A stretch of DNA of 64,000 bases from NCBI GenBank assembly GCA_009103225.1, contig RHPI01002503.1, forward strand, positions 1,303,206 to 1,367,205. The letters run 5' to 3'. The translations under genes were made by a program, and so were the position numbers. Source of the DNA: Chlorokybus atmophyticus. Its lineage: Eukaryota; Plantae; Mesostigma and Chlorokybus algae. The notes under the pieces were generated by a model, which did not search any database, was not told the DNA's origin, and saw nothing but the letters and a program-made list of their open reading frames with translations. Below are positions 58,275 to 64,000 of this stretch, one piece after another (position 1 is the stretch's first letter; each line of letters begins with the position of its first letter).

Positions 58275-61200
58275 GGGTCAAATGCCCTAATTTCGGCGCC
58301 TGCCCTTATTTCGGCTATGGCGGTTTATGGAGCGTTCTTTGCGCTGTGTTGATTGGATGGCGATGGGCTCTTGTATGCTGTCGGATACGGTTAGTAGGGA
58401 CCGTCCAATTCAAACAGGCATCGCGTTTGAAGCAGTATAGCGGGAGATATGAATTTTTGAATTTATATAGTTTAGGTAAAATGCATGTTCAGAGCTTGTA
58501 ACTGGAATAACTTTTGAATGGCAATGCCTTTTGGGGTGCTGTTTGTTGCACCGCTTACGTTACTTAACAAAGCAACTTCTGATAGATTTTCAGCCTGATT
58601 GATTAACAAATGAGCAAGTTAGTGTGGCAAGCCTATCGCGTGTCACCGTAACATTTTTGAGATTTGTAATAGCTGTAACTCTTGATTGGGGGTAGCTATT
58701 GACGTGGGGTTTGATGCAGGGTTTTAGTTAATAGGAAATGCAACTTACCATAAAGTTGCAACCTATTTAGATAAGAGACCAAAAAGTTAGTGTGCCACCC
58801 CTACCGCAACCACCGTCAAGTGCAAACTAGCATATGTGGGGGTGTTTGCTGCTTGTCCTAGCGCGTGGAAGTTGTTGGTTTGGCTTTGTGTCAGTGTTGT
58901 GCAAGGCCTTTGCTGCTACTGTGCGTGTATGCAAGTGGTGGGGGGCATTGCTGGCATGCAAGTTGCTGTGTGAGCACACGGACTTGGTGGGAGGGAGTTG
59001 CATTGCAAGGAGGCTATGCCTACACAAGTAAGTTGCTGTTTGCTACGCGAGGCTAATGCTATACTTGTCTACTGTTGGGCTCAGAGGTCTTCTCATCCTC
59101 GCCCATGTGGTTCACTTATTGCCAGCACGTCACTGTGCCTCATCTCAAGCACTCTACTGGCAGGTGAGAAGGACTGCAGCAGGCAATGCCAAACGCATCA
59201 CCAACAAACATGTTCAGCTGCGCGCAAAGGCACAGCTGAACCAACACAAGAGGGGGCCATACATGAAGAGGAAGGCAAGAGAAGCACTGCTGCCCAAGGT
59301 GCGAGAGGCCATCCAAGCTGTGCAGCAGGGCTGCATGTCTGCGTGTGAGGCTGCAAGAGAGGTTGGCCTGTCAGAGTCCACCATGAAGGATTACGTTGCT
59401 GACCCTGCACGCTTAGACCAATACAAGTGAGTGTCGGTTCTAGTCTGTGCAATGTCACCTGTTACATGCTTGTGAGTGCCACTGTGCAAGGGGTCATGCT
59501 TACACACGCATCTTTCAGAGGAGCGGGGAGACCTACCTTGCTTACTGATGAAGAGGAGTGCAAGTTGGTGCAGTTGCTTACTTGGCAAAATGATATTGGG
59601 TGTGCCATGACGCAGTACGACATCCAGGTGCACGTAGGCAAACTGCTCTTCAAGGATGCAAGACGATTGCAGCTCAAAGATGGCATACCGGGTGCAAGAT
59701 GGGTCCGCCTCTTCATGAAGAGGCACAAGCTCAGCAAGCGTAAGGCAGAAGCTGTGGATGCCAGCAGACGCCACAGCTTTAAAAGGTGGATTGTCAAGGA
59801 TTACTTTAAGCGCCTGAAGGATGTCCTTGACATCATGAAGATTGGGCCTGACCGTATCATCTCCTGCGACGAGATCGGCATTAAGCCAGACTCCACCCTG
59901 AAAAACACACAAGTCATAGTGAAGAGGTTTGTGTTATGCTCGTGGTGTAAATTGCAGCTTGACTACTAACACAACACTTACATATACCTCTGTGCACAGC
60001 AATTTCAGATATGCACAACTGGCTACCTCTGGAGCGAGGCCGCACATAACCTTAATGGCAGCTGTCACTGCAGCTGGAGTTGCAATCCCTCCCACAGCAA
60101 TCCTAGCAGGCAAACATCTCTATCCAGAATGGGGAGAAGCCTTTGACCTGCCTGGTGCTAGCCTCAGCTGCCAAGAGAATGCCTGGATGACCACTGAGCA
60201 CGTCTCCACGTGGATTGACCACCTGCAGCGTACCATGCCTGGGGGTATCAGTCCATCTAATCCTGCTCTGCTGATCTGTGATGGACACGTTAGCCGGTAC
60301 AATGTTGGTACAATAGACAAGTGCAAGGATGGGACTGGAGATCCTTGTGCTCCCGCCACACACGACACACAGGCTGCAAGTGCTGGACGTGGCATGCTTC
60401 AGCAGCTTCAAATCTGTGTACAAGAAGGTGTACCAAGCATGGCTCAATACGCACAGGCATGTAAGAGGGCTACCTAACGAAGACTTCCTGAGAGATGCTC
60501 AAACCATGCTCTGTGCAAGGGCTGAGTGCAAGCAACATCCTGGCAGGCTTCAAGGCATGCGGTACGCATGCATGCATTAACACCTATACGTGCATGCATG
60601 CATGCAACTTAACCACACATGTGTACGCAGGCATATCACCTTGGAATGATGCAGCAGTGGACAAGTACCTACCCAAGGAGCCACCAAAGGGGCTGCTTCA
60701 TGTACTGGCAGATGCACTGGGGGGAGGCAGCAACAACCCTGCAGACAGGGAGGAGGAGACCAATGCCAGTCAGGAGCTAGAGGGTTCAGCTGCCAACGCA
60801 AGTGGTCAACCTGCAAAGAAGAAACGCAAAGTGGGGGTGAGGCCAGCAACTGCAGAATGGTTGACACATGCAGATATACGCAACAGGCAGTACCAGCTTG
60901 AACAGGAGAGAAGGCTTGAGAAGGAGGCCATTCAGCAGAGGAAGGAAGCCCGTGCAGCAGCAGCAGAAGAGCGAGGTGCAGCTGCTGCAGAGAAAGCTAA
61001 GGCTACCACAGCAAGGAAGGAGGCACAAGCACGCAAGGCAGCAGCAGAGCATGCAAAGAAACAAGCATGGAAGACGGCAAGAGCAGCGGAGACAGCAGCA
61101 AGACAAGGTGCTCAAGCACAAGCACAAGATGATGTACTGGAGGGTAAACGCTTGGAGGAAGAGCAACGTGCTAGGACAAGGCAGGAGGCATGCGACTTGC

Positions 61201-61776
61201 TGAACAGGTGGGACTGGGACCCTATGCTGTGGGTGTCAGAGCACTTCCTCCCCTTCCTCGACTGGGGCGAATGGATGAAGGCACGCATCCACCGCCCCCG
61301 CCCAAGCCCGGAGGGTAGACTAGCAGGAACAAATTGGCGGGCCAAGCGCGCAGCTCAACAAAGACAGTAGCCTAGCTAGCATACATTGAAACCCTTGTAC
61401 ATGCAGCACTCCAACCCTTACAACGCTCACGCCTACATACTTACCATGCTGCTGCTGTCGCCGCCCACCTCACCCACATGCACAACAAGATGCTACGCTA
61501 AGCATGCCTTGCCTTGCAGGAAAGCTGTCAGTTCCCGCCACAGCTAAGGCGGGATAAGGCTGGCAGCTGCCTCACTGTGGCAGCAAACAGGCAGCTGTCA
61601 CTGCCAGCACAGCCAAACCCGCACATCAGCCGCCACTGACAGGCAATGGCCGACGCCGTTCCTACTAGTATAGAGCTAAAGGTGCCGCCGAAATAAGGTA
61701 CAGTACGATTTTGACCTGTAGCATTCACCAGTAATTCTGGACCCCCCAAATTTCTAGAAATTCAGCGCATTTGCCC
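58275..61776 (+). mobile_element. pogo/Fot1-type (IS630-Tc1-mariner superfamily) DNA transposon, degenerate
   Basis: TA|GGGTCAAATGCCCTAATTTC at the left end and reverse-complement GGG-CAAATGCGCTGAATTTC ending 61776|TA at the right end. The subterminal motif CCTTATTTCGGC is inverted at 58304 and 61687. The element encloses the transposase. Confidence 0.65.
59263..61370 (+). pseudogene. pogo-family DDD transposase (HTH_psq + CENP-B HTH + DDE_1) with 3 introns and 2 frameshifts
   Basis: HTH: AIQAVQQGCMSACEAAREVGLSESTM. CENP-B HTH: GRPTLLTDEEE..WVRLFMKRHKL. Catalytic motifs: ISCDEIG, LLICDGH and LPPHTTHRLQVLDV. Introns lie at ~59428-59517, ~59928-60009 and ~60562-60630. Frameshifts are near 60328 and 60494. 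Confidence 0.88.
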
Positions 61777-61919
61777 TAAATACTCATCTGTTTTATGTGT
61801 GAACTCGCCACTTGCGTGGCTGCAGAGGTCGCTGTTACGGTTGCTGATTATTCAGGCCAAATGCCCTGAATACAAGCAATGGATATTCACACGTTTTGGG
61901 CATGAATAATAATTGTAAT

Positions 61920-62400
61920 TGTCCATCTCGCACACAACCTCCTACATGTGAGTAGTTATTCACTCGCAACAGAACTGCATATTCAGTCTTCTTTGGTATA
62001 CATGGTCCTAGACTTGTACCATGGCACCAAGTGATTATTCATACTTTGTGTGCGTGAATATTTACAGCGCCTGCTCTCACACTAGGTCCTCCTTATTAGT
62101 AATTATTCACACGCATATTGGCTTAATGTTCACACATACTAAAGCTGTTTCAACAGCACATGTACCATACTAGCAAGTGATTATTCATATGATTTGTGAT
62201 TGAATAATACAGCATATCTGCTCTCACACATAGTCCTATATATGAGTGGTTATTCACCCATAGTATGGTTGAACAATCACTGCTGCCTTTGGTCGATTTT
62301 TCACGCGAATGATAATTGAATCATACAGCACTTCTGCTCACACACATAGTCCTACATATAAGTGGTTATTCACTCACAGTTTGGTTGAATAATCACTGCA
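61920..62400. repeat. Degenerate tandem array, ~147-bp period, 3-4 units, rich in TTATTCA/TGAATA
   Basis: The unit CTGCTCTCACAC..TAGTCCTA....A.GTGGTTATTCAC recurs at ~61924, 62071, 62218 and 62334. Confidence 0.7.
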
Positions 62401-62549
62401 TCTTGCTATCGTCAACAGCTGTGACATAGCATAGCTGTGACATAGCACATAGCAATCAGTCCAGCCGGTGAATCTGAACAGCAATGTCAGCTGAATGGCA
62501 GCTGACTCGAACAACAAATTCACTGATGTCTACAATGTATCTCTGCTAT

Positions 62550-64000
62550 CTACTTCTTGCTGCCTCGACCACGCCCACCGCGCCCACCCCGCCCACCCCG
62601 GCTGCCCTTCCCACGGCCCCTCCCGCGCTGTGTGGTTGTGCCTTCCTTTGCTGGCTCCCTCACCTTGATACTCTTCAGCAACCCAACAGGCCAAAGTAGC
62701 AACAAACCCGGCTCGCACTCTGCGCATACATCAACCACACATGAACTCAGCTGACTTGCACAATGTTGAAACTGTTCGTGCAATCGCATGCACACAAACG
62801 CGTTCACCTTTCAAGTGGGTCACTTGCACTCCAACCCCATCACGCTTGAAGCTGATTGGCAGAGGCACAACCTCTTCTTCCCCTGGTCCGGGACGTCTGG
62901 TCCTAGTGATGGGAAGACTGCGGCTGAACTGGACCACCATGTTGCCCTCTCTAATCTTCTTGCCATGAAACTTGTTGACAGGATTGATGTCGCTTACGTG
63001 CGCCTCCCCTACTGGTTCTTTGCGCCCGTGAATGAACAGTTGGACTTCACTGCCAACCTTCATCGTCGGTGCGGTGTCGTCCTTGTCGCTCAGCTCTTCC
63101 TGCGCATGCAAGTGACAAACACATCAAGAGGTACACACATACACAGATGTGATCTCTCATACAGCGCTTGCGAAGCGACCTGCCTTCCGCGAGTCGTTGT
63201 CGCTGTTGTTAGGGCTGTCCCCCTCGCTGTCCGGGGCGCTGTCCTTGGCGCCATCTTCACCGCTGTTCTCGCTTCTATCTGTCTCAGGCATTTCTGAATA
63301 CGTTGGCTCATCCTGCGCGACAAGGTGACACGACGTGTTAACAAGCTTACAACCGTCACGCAACGAATGCGTGCCTGCCGCAGGTGACAGTTTGTGTGCA
63401 GCCAGAAGAACGCAAGAAGCCCATAAGATCAAGTACATGGTGCTTTCATACCTCCTTTTGCTTGCCGCTCTTCTTCTCCAACACCGTCTCCTGCTTGCCA
63501 GTCGAGTGGCCTGCCTCCTGAGACTTGTAGGGAGCCGGTATCGAGCGAACAGTTTTGTTTGTTTTCTTTTTGGGGGGGCTTGACACCTCATCCTCCTGCC
63601 AACAGCATGAAGTCAGATGGTGAGCCACAACTCAGTGCATTGCCGCTCTATCAAGTCCAATGCTGCGTACCTCACCAGACACTTTGCGCTTCCCTGAGCT
63701 GCTGTCACGCACATCAGCACCCTGCTTGGCACGTGCCTGAACACAACAGTCATGAACGATCATGAACACATGTTTAGCAAAGTACAAGCAGGAGCGGCAT
63801 CTGACCTGTGAACCAGTAGCAGGAGAACTTGAGGGTTGTGATGCAGTGCCTTCCTTGTTACCTATCGCATACACAAGGCACCGATCACAAAAGCCTGCAT
63901 ATACACACAGTACTTCAGCAGCTGCCTGCGCGCGCAAGACGCGGCTCACGCTGCGAGGTGCCATTTCTGTCGTCGCTGGCGTCGCTGGCGGGATGTGAAC
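62550..64000 (-). CDS. 3' part of a multi-exon gene with a C-terminal domain resembling CACTA/En-Spm TnpA-associated domains and an RGG tail
   Basis: Exons give acidic/Ser-rich linkers, then EVQLFIHGRKEPVGEAHVSDINPVNKFHGKKIREGNMVVQF..PLP and LLLWPVGLL, ending RGRGRGKGSRGGRGGRGGRGRGSKK*. The gene continues beyond the window. Confidence 0.45.

Noticed and set aside
61920-62400. CRISPR-like array
   Set aside because: The units are long, degenerate tandem repeats without constant repeat/unique spacer structure, and the context is eukaryotic with no cas genes.

Overview
Eukaryotic nuclear DNA, most likely a flagellated green alga or early streptophyte. Evidence: intron-rich genes with CA/TG-rich introns, an IFT88 gene, a tRNA-iMet-type PBS and REM1-like retroelements. 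The species cannot be determined. Four zones are visible. (1) 1.9-12.6 kb: three apparently intact host genes (a ~14-exon coiled-coil protein, IFT88, and a secreted Kelch beta-propeller), some with GC-AG introns. (2) 13.3-25.9 kb: a MITE, then a nested pile of decayed LTR retrotransposons (a short-LTR element, a chromovirus, a PHD-finger Ty3/gypsy, a Ty1/copia and a solo LTR). (3) 28.7-57.5 kb: an old, interleaved inverted segmental duplication. It carries two copies of a putatively plastid-targeted archaeal-type AAA+ ATPase gene, two pseudogenised coiled-coil/J-domain-like genes and further degraded genes. It also has three very long (GA)n/(CT)n tracts and a copy-specific perfect palindrome. 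(4) 58.3-64 kb: an intron-containing pogo-type transposon, followed by a ~147-bp repeat array and a partial CACTA TnpA-like gene. All splice models, alignments and domain calls were made by eye, without database searches.
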